From IMG/VR virus record IMGVR_UViG_3300030041_000009, positions 1 through 64,000 of that record: 64,000 nucleotides of DNA; one strand, 5' to 3'. The notes under the pieces are model-generated. The model searched no databases. It was not told the origin of the DNA and saw only the letters and a list, made by a program, of their open reading frames with translations. Of this stretch, positions 20,063-31,978 are shown in pieces. Both the position numbers and the translations under genes were made by a program. The stretch's first letter is position 1; every line of letters begins with the position of its first letter.

Positions 20063-22420
20063 TTAAAATGTTTCACTAATTTCTTTCAATTTATTTTTTC
20101 TTTCAATTCTTTTACTAATAAAAAATGTTTTAATAATTATATAGCAATCAACGTTAACATCAGTCATTATTAATATAGAACTATTTTTTTCATCTTCATA
20201 AATGTTTAATATTCTATATTCTTTACCTACTGTTATTAATAAATCATTTGTATTATCATTTTTTATACAAATAGCTAATTCTCCAACTTTAAATTTGTTG
20301 TTTGATTTCATTTATTTTCATTTTTCTAAGTTTTTGTTTACTAATGAAATAAGATTCAGGTACAAAAAAATTATAATTATTATTACATATCATATACATA
20401 TTACTTGAATTACAATTACTTAATTGAAGTACTTTATATTCGTTATTTATTGTCAATAATAGTTCAGTAAAAGTATCATTTTTTATACAAATAACTAATT
20501 CACCAACTTTAAATTTGTTTTTTGATTTCATTTATTTTCATTTTTCTAAGTTCTTTTTTACTAGCAAAACAGGATTTAGGTACAAAATAATTAATATTTA
20601 TATCGCATGTTACGCATATATTATCAGTATTAAATATTCCCATTGCTGATATTTTATATTCTTTATTTATTGTCAATATATTTGAATATTCAAAGGTTTT
20701 TATACAAACAATGGTATCATTTGTTTTGAACATATTTATTTAGTTTTTCAAGTTTAAATTTTCTTAAATCTTTTAAATTCTTTTTATTTATAAAATATGA
20801 ATCAGGTAACGGCATTATAAGATTATTATCGCATATTATATTTAAATATCCGCTATTTTTATATATCCATAATATTTTATATTCTTTATCTACTGTTATT
20901 AATTGATTGCTATTTTTTATACAAATAGCATAATCATCAATTTCAAATTTATTATTTTTAACTAATTTCATTTAGTTTATTTAATTTTAATTTTCTATAT
21001 CCTTTTACACTTATAAATCTCGTCATATCATAAACTGAATATCCATATTTATTTTCAATTTCATCTAATATATATGAAGTGCTTTCATATCGACTACTAG
21101 TATCATCAAGTGATTCATAACAATTTCCATCATCTCCCCAATATGATAGAATTTTTTTAATTGTGTAAGTTTTATTTATTTCTAATGGATTTATTTTATG
21201 AAATTCTAACATATATGATACGAAATCATAAAAAACATAATCTTGTTTAGGTTCATTATCTATACAAACAACTACATCACCTATTTTGTACATATTTATT
21301 TAGTTTTTTTAATTTTAATTTTCTGATTGATTTAATATCAGTAAAAAAACTTATTGGTACAAATTGGCTGAATTTTTTAGTGTCACTTTTTACTACAATT
21401 TTATTTTGAAAATACCAATCAATATATTCAATTTTATATTTTTTACCTATTGTTAAATGTTGATCCCAATAATCATTATCATCAATTTTTACACAAGTGA
21501 CAATTTGGCCAATTTTAAAATCATAATTTGTCAATTCATTTTCTTTCATTTAGTTTATTTAGTTTAACTTTTCTTAAAATTAAAATTAATTGATTTTCGG
21601 GTAAAGATAATAATCTAAATCTCATATTTGTATTCACTATATGATTATAATGAATAGTTACAACATAATTATCATTATTACAATCATATCTTATTTCACG
21701 TATATAAAAATCACTGTCTGGTATTTGTTCATCATAATATTTTTTCAGTTCTCTTAATAACAATAAATATGATTTGGTATCTAAGTTTGAAACTATATTG
21801 GTTGGCATAATTTATTTAGTTTATTTAGTTTATTTATTCTGGATATATTATTTAATTTGCATTCAGATAAATAATGATGTTCAGTAGTATAAAAATATCC
21901 TGATAATCTATATTTTTTTCTCATTTTAACAGAAATAACATACTCAGAATTATTATGATAACTTTTTCTAAATCCTGATATATCATATACAGTATATTTA
22001 AAATTATCATTTAGTATATTTGAATAATATATTTTTAATTCTTTGAGTAAATTTTCATATGATTGCGTATTTTCTTTATATTTATACATTATTAATTTTT
22101 TCTAATTTTTGTTTTCTTAAAAAAATATTATGTTCTTTATCATCATTAAATTGATATAATATATCATTAACTACTTCATATTTAGAGTATGTAATAACAA
22201 ATGGCAAATAATCATCAAATTTAATATAGAAAGAATATTCACTTGACATAAAAATTGAAAAACTTAAATTAAATTTCTCAGTCATTGCAATTATTGCGCC
22301 AGATCTAATTAATTCATTTTTTTCATTCAATTGAATATATTTATCCATAGAATAACAGTTTTTAGGCATACCCCATAACCCGTTATCTTGTTTTTTAGAA
22401 TTTATTTTTATTATTTGCAT
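20063..22420 (-). CDS. Tandem array of nine small overlapping ORFs, all ending in the RxxK[LI]xx[LI] tag
   Basis: ORFs at 20063, 20289, 20509, 20717, 20958, 21277, 21536, 21793 and 22082; the first six are [FY]KxG[DE]-xxCI paralogues; near-identical junction DNA at about 20282-20332 and 20502-20552. Confidence 0.75.
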
Positions 22421-22428
22421 AATACTGA

Positions 22429-22932
22429 TTATAAATTGCCTAATTTACTTACTTCGTCATTTAATTTAGTTCCAAGTGATTCTAAATTTATCATTTGCTT
22501 TTTTATTTGTTCTATACTATTATTAAATTCTTCTTTAATATCTTCTTCAGATATATCTTCGCTTGTCATTAGTTCATCAAATTTTTTAAATAATTCTTGA
22601 CTTTCTATATTATTTGATACAAATTCGAATGAATCATAATCTATATTTTGATCAATTTGATATTCATTTTCAGTTATTTTTTTATCTATGGTAAGTATAT
22701 CATTTTTCCTTTTATCTGAAAATTCTTTAAAGTTAAAAACATATTCTTCATTTTTAAGAGGACACCATTCTGCAGTGTAAAAACTAACATTATCATTAAA
22801 ATTAATAAAATATTCATCATTTTTTAAAAATTTTGATAGTATACATTCACTTATTGGTTCATCTCCTGATTCATAATAATATTCAGTATTACAAAATGGA
22901 CAATTTCCACAGCAATTTACGGTTTTTTTCAT
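22429..22932 (-). CDS. CxxCPFC zinc-finger plus coiled-coil protein
   Basis: CCGNCPFC...C...WCPL. Confidence 0.6.
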   Translation of the reverse strand: MKKTVNCCGNCPFCNTEYYYESGDEPISECILSKFLKNDEYFINFNDNVSFYTAEWCPLKNEEYVFNFKEFSDKRKNDILTIDKKITENEYQIDQNIDYDSFEFVSNNIESQELFKKFDELMTSEDISEEDIKEEFNNSIEQIKKQMINLESLGTKLNDEVSKLGNL

Positions 22933-23093
22933 TTTAAATTATTTATTTTTTCGATTTTTTCTTTTCTTTTCTTATTGAGTTCTTTTCTTTTAATTTCTCT
23001 CATAAATTCGTCATCAAATATAATATGTTTAGGATATAAGTTTGCATAATCCATATTTACTATCTGATATTCAAATTTATAATTTTTCTTCAT
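22929..23093 (-). CDS. 54 aa mini-protein: PolB motif A-like segment plus tag
   Basis: Own translation: MKKNYKFEYQIVNMDYANLYPKHIIFDDEFMREIKRKELNKKRKEKIEKINNLK. Confidence 0.6.
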   Translation of the reverse strand: MKKNYKFEYQIVNMDYANLYPKHIIFDDEFMREIKRKELNKKRKEKIEKINNLK

Positions 23094-23095
23094 AA

Positions 23096-23314
23096 TTATT
23101 TATATTGTTTATTTCTATTATGCTTCCAAGTTTTATACATTCTTATTTGATACATCAATAATTGTTTCTTTTTATATTTTTTTGTTATTCTTGAATATTC
23201 TGGATAAAAGTGTAAACCTTCGTCCCAATACGGATCTGTATCATCTTTTGTTAAGATGTTATAAGTTTTGTTGTCAGTTACAACTTCTGATTTTTTACAT
23301 TTGAATTTTTTCAT
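23096..23314 (-). CDS. Basic hypothetical protein
   Basis: Ends YKTWKHNRNKQYK. Confidence 0.55.
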   Translation of the reverse strand: MKKFKCKKSEVVTDNKTYNILTKDDTDPYWDEGLHFYPEYSRITKKYKKKQLLMYQIRMYKTWKHNRNKQYK

Positions 23315-23539
23315 TTTTATTAGATTATTTTTTAATAATCTAATATTTATCTAATTTTTTCTTCATTTTTGATATATTATGCTAATTTATTTTTTATATA
23401 TATGTTTTTTAAATAAATGTTTTTTAAAAATATAAAACTTTTTTTATTTATAATATATAAGTGATATAATTTTAAATGAACTATACTCAACTAGATTTTT
23501 ACAAAGATAACAAAAATATTTAATAATACAAATTTTTAT

Positions 23540-23830
23540 ATGATAAATAATAAAGTTGAAAGACTTTTAGCTGGAGAAACTATTATTAGTAAAGAACCAG
23601 GAAACTCAATGCTTCCAATAATCAAATCAAAACAGCCTGTAACATTAGAACCTGCAACTTGGGAATCAGTTGAAGTGGGAGATATTGTATATGCTAAATA
23701 TCACGGAAAATTATATACACACTTAGTAAAATCAAAAAACTCAGAACAAGGTGTTCTTATTGGTAACAATAAAGGACATATAAATGGATGGACCAAAAAT
23801 GTTTATGGTAAAGTAATAAACATTTTATAA
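23540..23830 (+). CDS. S24/S26 peptidase-like protein
   Basis: GNSMLP, VGDIV, THLVK, IGNN. Confidence 0.7.
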   Translation: MINNKVERLLAGETIISKEPGNSMLPIIKSKQPVTLEPATWESVEVGDIVYAKYHGKLYTHLVKSKNSEQGVLIGNNKGHINGWTKNVYGKVINIL

Positions 23831-23846
23831 AAAATAAATAAATATA

Positions 23847-25879
23847 ATGATGAGAGCAATATGTAAGCTAGATTACGGACAGTTTGAAAATAACAAAACC
23901 TACAATTATTCATGCACTAACGACAATAAATTCCACGTTGATGGTCAATATGGAAAAACAGAATTTAATAAAAGACAATTTAATGCATTATTTACATTAG
24001 AAAGAACAAAAAACCCAAACAAATCATTTAATTTTTAATATCTAATTTATGAAATTTAATATCGGAGATAATGTTATATTCATAAATAATTCTAAAACTA
24101 TTTATGCTTGGGATCTTGTTGATTATAAAATCTATAAAATTGAGAATTTTTCAATTCGTTCGTCTGAATTTATGTATTCGGTGAGTGATAATGATAGTAA
24201 TACAACTCAAAGTTGGTATTTTGAATGTGATTTTATTTCATTGCAAGAATATAGAAAAATTAAATTAAACGAAATAAAACAATTATCATGAGAAGATTTA
24301 GTAAAAAATTAAAAAATATATTTAATTCTATTAATCCATATTACGAAATTAATAAAGAATCCGATAGATTTCAAGAACTCAGAATAAAATTGAATGAAAA
24401 TCGATTAGATTATATAATAAAAGAGTTTGAAAGAATAGAAAATATGAGTGATGAAGAAAGAATAGAATATAAAAAAAATTTATTGAAAGAAGAAGCAAAT
24501 AATATAATTGATAAATTAGAATCAAATTCAGAATTATATAAAGAATATAATAATATTATGAGGAGAAAGAAAATTAAAAAATTAGAAAGTAATGAGTAAT
24601 TTAGTAGAACATGCAAAAAGAGAATTTCTTAAATTAGGTTATAAACCAATTGATAAATGCGAAAATGATCCAAATAAATGGATACAAGAAAATATATTAG
24701 AATTACTTGAAATATTTTCTAAACAAGGTCATTCTGGATTTTCAGCATCATATGTACTTAGTTATTTTAATAAATTGGCTAATTTTGAACCAATTGCTCC
24801 GATTATGTGTACCGATGATGAATGGAATGATATAGCAGATGAATGTTATCAAAATAATCGTTGTTCTGCAGTATTTAAAGAAAAAATTGATAGTAATCCA
24901 TATTATTTGGATGCTATTATTTTTGTTGATGAAAATAATTCATCTTTTACTGGTAGAGCATATAATAATAGTCATGATAGTATAACAAGTAGGCAAACAA
25001 TTAAATTACCATTTACACCTAAACGTTTTTATGTTGATGTAGTTTATTATAATGATGAAAATCATATTAAAGATGAATCCCAATTAAAAGAAGTTTGGAA
25101 ATATTATGAGCATCAAGAAACTAAGTCATATATTAGATTACAAAAATTAAAATCAATAGAATGAAAATTGGAGATGTTCAAGTTTATTTAGGAGATACTA
25201 ATATGTATTATACTAAAAATAAAAAATATTATGTATATAGGATAAATTCTCATTTTATACCTGGAACTATTTGTGGACATATAATGAATGATATAGGAGA
25301 TAGTGTTTATTTTCGTGATGATGATATCGACAGGAATTGGATAGATTTAAAAAAATATAGAAAAGAAAAAATTAATAATTTAAATAATATTTATGAAAAA
25401 AACTTTGAATGATTTTGATTATAGTTTTAAATTTCCTGATAATGATTTTAATAATTTATCGTTAGAAATGCTACAAAAATGGAAAACATTAATCAATCAA
25501 GATAAAATAAAATTAAAAAAAGAAGAAAGAATTGCTAAATTAAATGAAATAAATTCTAAATAAAATGACAATACAAAATTATAAGAAAAAATATTTAATA
25601 TGTAAAGATGATTTTGGTAAAAATATTTATGTTGGAGATACTGTGGAATTATTTTGTCCACTTGAATTTTCAACTACATGGAAATCAATTGTTTATTGGA
25701 GTATGTTATCTGGAGCGTGGGTAGATTTTCCTACTATATTTATTGATACTCCAAATCCTCAAAGAATTTTATATTCATTACTTAATCAGCAAGAATATAA
25801 TATTTGTGATGTAGATAGTGATATTCCAATAAAATATAAAGGATATTGTAAAAAAATAAAATCTTTTTATACAAAATAA
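23847..25879 (+). CDS. Run of small ORFs (23847, 24049, 24288, 24592, 25161, 25393, 25565); five carry the C-terminal tag
   Basis: Tails YRKIKLNEI, RRKKIKKL, RLQKLKSI, RKEKINNL, RIAKLNEI. Confidence 0.65.
25393..25563 (+). CDS. 56 aa mini-protein: LxKWxxLI segment plus tag
   Basis: Own translation: MKKTLNDFDYSFKFPDNDFNNLSLEMLQKWKTLINQDKIKLKKEERIAKLNEINSK. Confidence 0.55.
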   Translation: MKKTLNDFDYSFKFPDNDFNNLSLEMLQKWKTLINQDKIKLKKEERIAKLNEINSK

Positions 25880-25880
25880 T

Positions 25881-25914
25881 AAAAAAAGACTGAAATAATT
25901 ATTTCAGTCTTTTT
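25881..25914. terminator. Bidirectional terminator between convergent units
   Basis: AAAAAAAGACTGAAATAATTATTTCAGTCTTTTT. Confidence 0.8.
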
Positions 25915-25933
25915 ATTATATAATAAATGTTAT

Positions 25934-26308
25934 TTACTTTGAATCGTTTCCTATAGTATTAGTTTTTGTAGTATTCGTATCAGTAGTATTTTCTCCTGTA
26001 TTATCATTAGTAATATTACTAGTATTTGTATCAGTAGTGTTAATTATTTTTTTACCTTTTTCTATATAATTAATAATATATCCAGCAACCGCAAATTCTA
26101 TTCCAGCCCATATTGCGAAATCACCTGCTGATATTGTACTTAATGAGTGTAATAAAAAATAAATCATACCCCATTGACCAATTATAAACGCAATCGAAGA
26201 TTCAATCCTTTTCTTAGAAAAAAATGATGGTTGATTTGAATAAATTTTTAATATTTCCATGACAAATCTTTTTATATTAGTCCATCCAAAAAAATATGTT
26301 TTATTCAT
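25934..26308 (-). CDS. Two-TM membrane protein (holin-like?)
   Basis: Two hydrophobic segments and a Thr/Asn-rich tail. Confidence 0.4.
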   Translation of the reverse strand: MNKTYFFGWTNIKRFVMEILKIYSNQPSFFSKKRIESSIAFIIGQWGMIYFLLHSLSTISAGDFAIWAGIEFAVAGYIINYIEKGKKIINTTDTNTSNITNDNTGENTTDTNTTKTNTIGNDSK

Positions 26309-26319
26309 AAATTATATTA

Positions 26320-26841
26320 TTATTTTTTACCTTGTCTTTTTAATATGGCTTGCTGCAATGCAGTTGGTAGTTTCTTTTGGGCTGCAGAAAGACCAGTTTT
26401 TTCTTCTTTTTCATCATCGTCTTTAGAAAACTTTTTTATTGCCCCTTTTTTATCTTTACATTCTTTTTCATCATCTTTACATTTTTTTACGACTTTACCT
26501 TTTTTCTCATATTTATCATCGTCATCATCGTCATCATCTTTGATGTTTTTGAATTCTTTAAGAATATCTTTACCTACATTTGTGCGTTTAGTTGGACCAG
26601 AACTTTTAAAAAATTCTTTATCTGTAAAATTATCAAGATCACAAAGATTATTCAATTTACCAAATACGTGTTCTTCTTTACTTTTTGGTTTTTCTGTAAT
26701 ACATTTACCACCAGATTCTTCTTTATTTTCAAAAATATCTTTAGCAACTTCAGTTCTTTTAGTCACTTTTGCATTTTTGAAAATTTCTTTTTCTGTAAAA
26801 TCATCAATACTAAGTAGATTATTTAATTTATTATCTTTCAT
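26320..26841 (-). CDS. Charged head-core-like protein with two TKRT(E/N)V[AG]KD repeats
   Basis: Internal repeat shared with 37727-38578. Confidence 0.6.
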   Translation of the reverse strand: MKDNKLNNLLSIDDFTEKEIFKNAKVTKRTEVAKDIFENKEESGGKCITEKPKSKEEHVFGKLNNLCDLDNFTDKEFFKSSGPTKRTNVGKDILKEFKNIKDDDDDDDDKYEKKGKVVKKCKDDEKECKDKKGAIKKFSKDDDEKEEKTGLSAAQKKLPTALQQAILKRQGKK

Positions 26842-26864
26842 ATTATTTTATTTTTATTTTTATA

Positions 26865-28258
26865 TTATTTTATTGTTTTGTATTCTATATATTTTTTATA
26901 AAAAATGTCGTGATATATACTATTAAAATTTTTAGCAGATTTCATGTTTTGGGTTAAATGATTATCTGTTTCAGTTCTCAAATCATTTAACATTTTTATG
27001 CCTTGTTCATTCTTTCCATTTTTAAAATAATTATTAGCAGTTTCATCTAATAGTTTAGATTGTATATTAAGATAATTAACTAATTCAGTTTCAGCATTTT
27101 TATCTTGTGTTATTCCGTTTTCTGAATATCCAGCATAATCATCATCATTATTTTCGTTGTTTTCATTAACGAACATATCAAAAATCTTTAAGTGATTCAT
27201 ACATTTATTTTTTTTTTATATACTATATATATTATTTTTTATTTGTTTTTTCTTCACCGCAAATATCAATTTTAATTTTTTCTAAATCTTTAGTTGCACC
27301 TTTTCCTTTTGTCCAATATTTGTTTACATTATCAAAAAATTCACTTTTCTTTTCATCTGATAATTTAGCAGGAGATTTAACATCATAACAATCAAGTATG
27401 AATTTAAAATATTCTCTATATTCTATTTGTAAATCTGATAATTTTTCATTTAATGATAAACTTTCATTATATTGTTTGAAATTTTTAATTTTATTCATTG
27501 ATATTATTAGTTTTTTATATATATATTAAATAATAAAAATCATTTTTTATTATTTTAATGTAAATTGTCTTTTAATTAAATTTCCTTTTAATTTAACAGA
27601 TTTTTTAGTACCATCTTCAAAATAAATTATAATCTCAAAATTATCAAAAATTAAACCAAAGTCTTGATATTCAATCATATCATAACTACTTGATAGAATG
27701 ACAACATTTTTATTATGATAAAATCCTTTTCTTCCTATATAATATTCTTTAAACATTTATAAATTTAATTTATCTTGGATTAATTCTATTCGCAACTTGC
27801 ATCATAGAATTATATCTTGCTTTTTCAAACATTTCTAATGATACATAATCAGTATTAGTGAAATCTACTGTTTCATTTAAACTTTGACGTTCTTGCGCTT
27901 GTTTAACTTCATTTAGTCTTTCATCATGAAGTTTTTGCATAACTTCATTTAATTTATTTTCTTTTGCTTCTTGTTTAACTTCATTAATATTAAATCCATT
28001 TACTTTTGTTTCAATGTTAAATTCATTAATGTTAAAGTCTTGTGAGTATTCTTGACGTCTTACTTCATTTATATTTTGTTGACTATAATTACTATAATTA
28101 GTATTATAATTAGTATAATCAGGAGTTTCTTTTAACATTTGTCCATTAAAAGAATTATCATTACCTCTTAATTGCTCGTATGTGTAATCTGTTGTTTCTA
28201 TTTTTTTAGCATTTACTTGTTTGAATAAATCTAAATACGATTGATCATAATATTCCAT
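26865..28258 (-). CDS. Four late-type hypothetical ORFs (26865, 27232, 27550, 27770)
   Basis: CTS-like leaders MNHLKIFDMFVNE and MNKIKNFKQYNE; TAATATATA motifs upstream. Confidence 0.6.
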
Positions 28259-28508
28259 AAAAATTTATTATTTTTTGTTATATATTAATAATTAAGTATA
28301 TATTAATATTTACATATTGAATTTATTTGATTTATTTTTAATTTTTTGAATTTCTATTGCTTCTTTCGTAGCTAATATTAATTCATCTTCTGCTCCAGTA
28401 AAAATTTCACCTTCCCTTTTTAATCCGTTTTTTGGTTCAGATCCCATATATCTGGTAAACATAATAAGATTATTAGGTACATTATCATACTTAACATCAT
28501 AATAGCAT

Positions 28509-30001
28509 ATAGTTTCTAATTTCGATGAAAAACAATGAAATCAGTTTAAAATTAAGTTAATAATTTTTGGGGTAACTACAAACCCCTCTATTCCGTCAAT
28601 AAATATATTCGGAAATGCTTTTCTTAAAATGTTATAACTACCATTTACATCTGCGTTAATTATCACATTTGAATTTTTTATTTTATATAAACCTCTACTT
28701 TGACGATATCCACTGAATATTTTTTCGGTTTTGTCTCCGTAAACTGGTATTAAATCTAAATTCAAAAATGAAGATTTGCTAGTATAACTTTCTTCTTGTA
28801 ATATAACTCTTATTCCTTCTTTTTCGCACTTATACGATAACATCGATATAAATCTACTATGTGGAATCTGTATGAAATTCTGGTTGTTCTGTTTTGACAT
28901 GTTGCATTCTTGTTTCCAACCATCATTTTTACCAATAACTAATTTTGATATGTTATTGATAATTAATTCTTTAACTATTTGATTACTTGCTTTGTGTAGG
29001 TAATCATCTACTTTATTGTTTCGTTTATTTGTTAACTTCCTTATTCCTTTACTTGACTTCTTTTTATTAGTGATTTCAAGAACTGATTTCATTTCTGCTA
29101 AACGTTTATTGTAATATTGATTTGTAGATTTAAGTGGTCTACCATTAAAAATTAATGGTTGAAATCCTTTAATACTGGTCGTTAATGTCGCTAAATTATT
29201 TACACCTAAATCAATTGAAGCGTATCGTTTGTTGTCTCTGACTTGTTTCTTTTCATTATAGGTATAACACACTTCAATCACGTATTGATCAAGCCTTGGT
29301 ATTATCCGAACGCAATCTATTGAATTAATATCAGTTAACTTGGTATAGAATTCTATTTTAGTACCTGATAACTTGATTTTGTTTGTTTTCTTGAATACTT
29401 TTCTTGATATCGCTTGATAATTATATGAAATAATAAATCTTCCTTTAATCTTATGAAGAAATCCTGGTTGCTCTGGATAACTTTTATACTTTGATTTATT
29501 TTTACCATAATCTTTACATGAATTAAAGAAACTTTTGTAATTTCGTTGAACCTGAATGATAGTTCCAGTCGCAACTTTCATTGGTAATCTCTGAAAGCAC
29601 TCTTCAGACTTCATTACTTGATATAACTTATTTAAAGGATTATAATCAGTTGTTTCTAAACCTTGTCTGATTAAATAAACTGATCGATTATAGATGTTCT
29701 TTGATTTAAAACATAATTCATCACACTCTTTATAATTTGAATGTGATTTAGTAATTATATGTCTTTCCGTCAATTTCATGTATTAATACCTAATTTTAAT
29801 GTATATATTAATAAAAATATATTATTTATTTATATTTTATAGAAATTAAATCATTAAAAGTTTAAATTAATTTATTATTTTTATTTAACTATTTATTTTA
29901 ATTTATATGATAAATATTTACTATCTTAGTTTATTAAATCATTTGATGAAATAATTTCATTGAAATTCATTATTTTTCATTCATTTATATGAAGATTTTG
30001 A
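28509..30001 (-). mobile_element. Non-autonomous TnpB-only IS200/IS605/IS607-type element, about 1.49 kb
   Basis: Ends inferred from in-frame reconstitution at a shared TAT; TTCATTRTTTTTCAT inverted motifs near both ends; no tnpA. Confidence 0.75.
28541..29779 (-). CDS. tnpB: RNA-guided endonuclease TnpB
   Basis: SKNIYN, IDLGVNNL (RuvC-I), YLHKAS, EESYTSK, NADVNGSYNI (RuvC-III). Confidence 0.92.
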   Translation of the reverse strand: MKLTERHIITKSHSNYKECDELCFKSKNIYNRSVYLIRQGLETTDYNPLNKLYQVMKSEECFQRLPMKVATGTIIQVQRNYKSFFNSCKDYGKNKSKYKSYPEQPGFLHKIKGRFIISYNYQAISRKVFKKTNKIKLSGTKIEFYTKLTDINSIDCVRIIPRLDQYVIEVCYTYNEKKQVRDNKRYASIDLGVNNLATLTTSIKGFQPLIFNGRPLKSTNQYYNKRLAEMKSVLEITNKKKSSKGIRKLTNKRNNKVDDYLHKASNQIVKELIINNISKLVIGKNDGWKQECNMSKQNNQNFIQIPHSRFISMLSYKCEKEGIRVILQEESYTSKSSFLNLDLIPVYGDKTEKIFSGYRQSRGLYKIKNSNVIINADVNGSYNILRKAFPNIFIDGIEGFVVTPKIINLILN

Positions 30002-30212
30002 ATACCTTTATCATATTCAAAGTCAGCAATGATACCTACATTATTATCTAAAAAATCAACAATAGATTCATATTTATTTTGTCTATCTTTGATGTCAATT
30101 ATAACATAATCACCAATTTTAAATTTAGTATTTATATTTTCAAAAAATCTAATATATTTCATTTATAACTTATATTTATTTATATATATTAAAAAAATAA
30201 AGTTATTTTTGT

Positions 30213-30839
30213 ATGTCAAAAAGTGAAACACCAACAGCAAAAGATTATAAAGAATCTTTTCAAGATAATATAGATAAATTAAAAAGTGAAATTGAAGATG
30301 CCCAAGAAGAATTAGATTTTGATCCAACAGAATTTTTTCCAGTAAATAATAATATTGATCTAAATTTCAAAATTGAAATGCATGATTATGAAAAAGATTT
30401 GGAAGTAATTAGAGAAGAGTCAAAAGAAACTCTTGAATGTATAGCAAATTTGTATTTATCTGAGGATATTATGTTAAATAAAAACATAAATAATATAATT
30501 AAAAATGATGCACTTGCAATTTCGGATTTAAAATTTTCAATATCATGTTCAAAAAGAGGATTGATTAATTTAATGAAGCAAATAGATAATGGTAGCTCTG
30601 ATGCAGATTTGTTTCAAGCAGTATCAATGTTTCAAAGAGAGATGAAAGATTGTATTGAAACTTTATATAAATTACAAAAGAGTATGAAAGAGTTCTTTAA
30701 AGATCTTAAAGAAGAATTAAAAGAAATAAATATCGGAGATGCTGATTTAGAAATACATGATAAATATAAAGATATGAGAATTTCGGATAGAGATATAAAT
30801 AAATCAATTGATGCTGCATTAGCAAATAAGAAAAAATAA
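30213..30839 (+). CDS. Acidic coiled-coil hypothetical protein
   Basis: 208 aa ORF followed by a terminator at about 30840-30870. Confidence 0.65.
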   Translation: MSKSETPTAKDYKESFQDNIDKLKSEIEDAQEELDFDPTEFFPVNNNIDLNFKIEMHDYEKDLEVIREESKETLECIANLYLSEDIMLNKNINNIIKNDALAISDLKFSISCSKRGLINLMKQIDNGSSDADLFQAVSMFQREMKDCIETLYKLQKSMKEFFKDLKEELKEINIGDADLEIHDKYKDMRISDRDINKSIDAALANKKK

Positions 30840-31150
30840 AAAAATTCAGTAGATTTATACTGAATTTTTTTAAATGTTTCTGATTTAACTTTGTATATTG
30901 CTGCTATAATAATATTAACATATTGAGTTTTTTTATTATCCAACAAATTATACATTTTCTTTGTACTATCAGACAATCCTTTTAATTTATTATATTCTTA
31001 TTCTGTTAAATAAACAATTTTAGAATTTTTGTTTCTAACTTCAAATTCCTGAGTTTTAGTTAATTCTCCATTTTCAGATAACTCATATATATTTCTAATT
31101 TTAGACGTATCAAATTATTCATTAATTTTTTCTATTTTCATTTAATTTTT

Positions 31151-31876
31151 TTAATTTTTTTTATATTTATTTAATATAGATAATATTTGTTTATTATATT
31201 TATTAGAATAAAAATAATCATTTTTATTTACAATATCAAATACATTAAGTCCATCATCATTAGGTTCTGGTTTAAAATTATAGTCTTTAGCATATAAATT
31301 TGCACCTTTCTGTAAAAGTTCATCAATAATTTTCAATCTCATATCAACATTATGATTTTCACCAGAAAGTATATGATCTTTTCTTTTTAAATTTTCGACT
31401 GCTAGTATTAATGGAGTAGATCCATCTCTACTTATAGAATTAATATCAATATTAGGCTGTTCTAATAATAGTTCAAATACCTTAAATCCTTCTTCATTTA
31501 AACGTTTCTCATACACAATACTAGATAGTGGGCTAAAATTTGCATGTCCTTTTAAATTAATATCAGCTCCTTTATCAATTAAATACTTACATACATCATA
31601 ATTCTGATATGAACTTGATAAATTAAGTATATTATCACCAGCCAATTCAACATTTATTATTTCAGGATGCGCATCAATAAGACTTATAACATTATTTGTT
31701 TCTTTATTCATAAGATATGTTCTACACTCATAATAATAACTATGAATATTTTTTTCTAAATCTTTTTTCTGTTTTCTGCCGTCACTGTATTTCGTGAATG
31801 TTGATGTATAATCATCACCATAAAAATGTTCATCATTTGTAAATCCTTCAAATGATTTTAAATGTTTATTTTTCAT
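31151..31876 (-). CDS. Ankyrin-repeat protein with CTS-like leader
   Basis: MKNKHLKSFEGF; LIDKGADIN, GSTPLILAV, LLQKGANL. Confidence 0.8.
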   Translation of the reverse strand: MKNKHLKSFEGFTNDEHFYGDDYTSTFTKYSDGRKQKKDLEKNIHSYYYECRTYLMNKETNNVISLIDAHPEIINVELAGDNILNLSSSYQNYDVCKYLIDKGADINLKGHANFSPLSSIVYEKRLNEEGFKVFELLLEQPNIDINSISRDGSTPLILAVENLKRKDHILSGENHNVDMRLKIIDELLQKGANLYAKDYNFKPEPNDDGLNVFDIVNKNDYFYSNKYNKQILSILNKYKKN

Positions 31877-31891
31877 AATATCTATTTTTTT

Positions 31892-31975
31892 TTATAAATT
31901 AAATTTATCTGTTGTTCTATTAAATTCAGAATCATCTTTAACTCTTAAATATTCTTCAAATTTATTTACTTTCAT
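31892..31975 (-). CDS. 27 aa peptide made of a CTS-like leader and a KFNL tail
   Basis: MKVNKFEEYLRVKDDSEFNRTTDKFNL. Confidence 0.4.
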   Translation of the reverse strand: MKVNKFEEYLRVKDDSEFNRTTDKFNL

Positions 31976-31978
31976 ATA

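Larger units (their letters stand above)
28310..30162 (-). pseudogene. 119 aa gene split by the TnpB element
   Basis: Joining 30162-30002 to 28508-28310 gives an in-frame 360 nt ORF: MKYIRFFE...YDKG-ICYYDVKYDNVP...SNKFNM. Confidence 0.75.

Noticed and set aside
26345-26926. Antisense and shadow ORFs (also 7841, 8414, 8739, 11661, 19117, 19666, 24410, 32782, 45265, 62793, 62992, 63014 and similar)
   Set aside because: They lie opposite or inside better-supported genes and have low-complexity Phe/Ile/Ser composition.
29780-30001. IStron (group I intron plus TnpB)
   Set aside because: The left end is only about 220 nt of AT-rich sequence with no recognisable group I core.
30870-31141. ORF starting MKIEKINE
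   Set aside because: Multiple in-frame stops; a decayed gene with no identifiable family.
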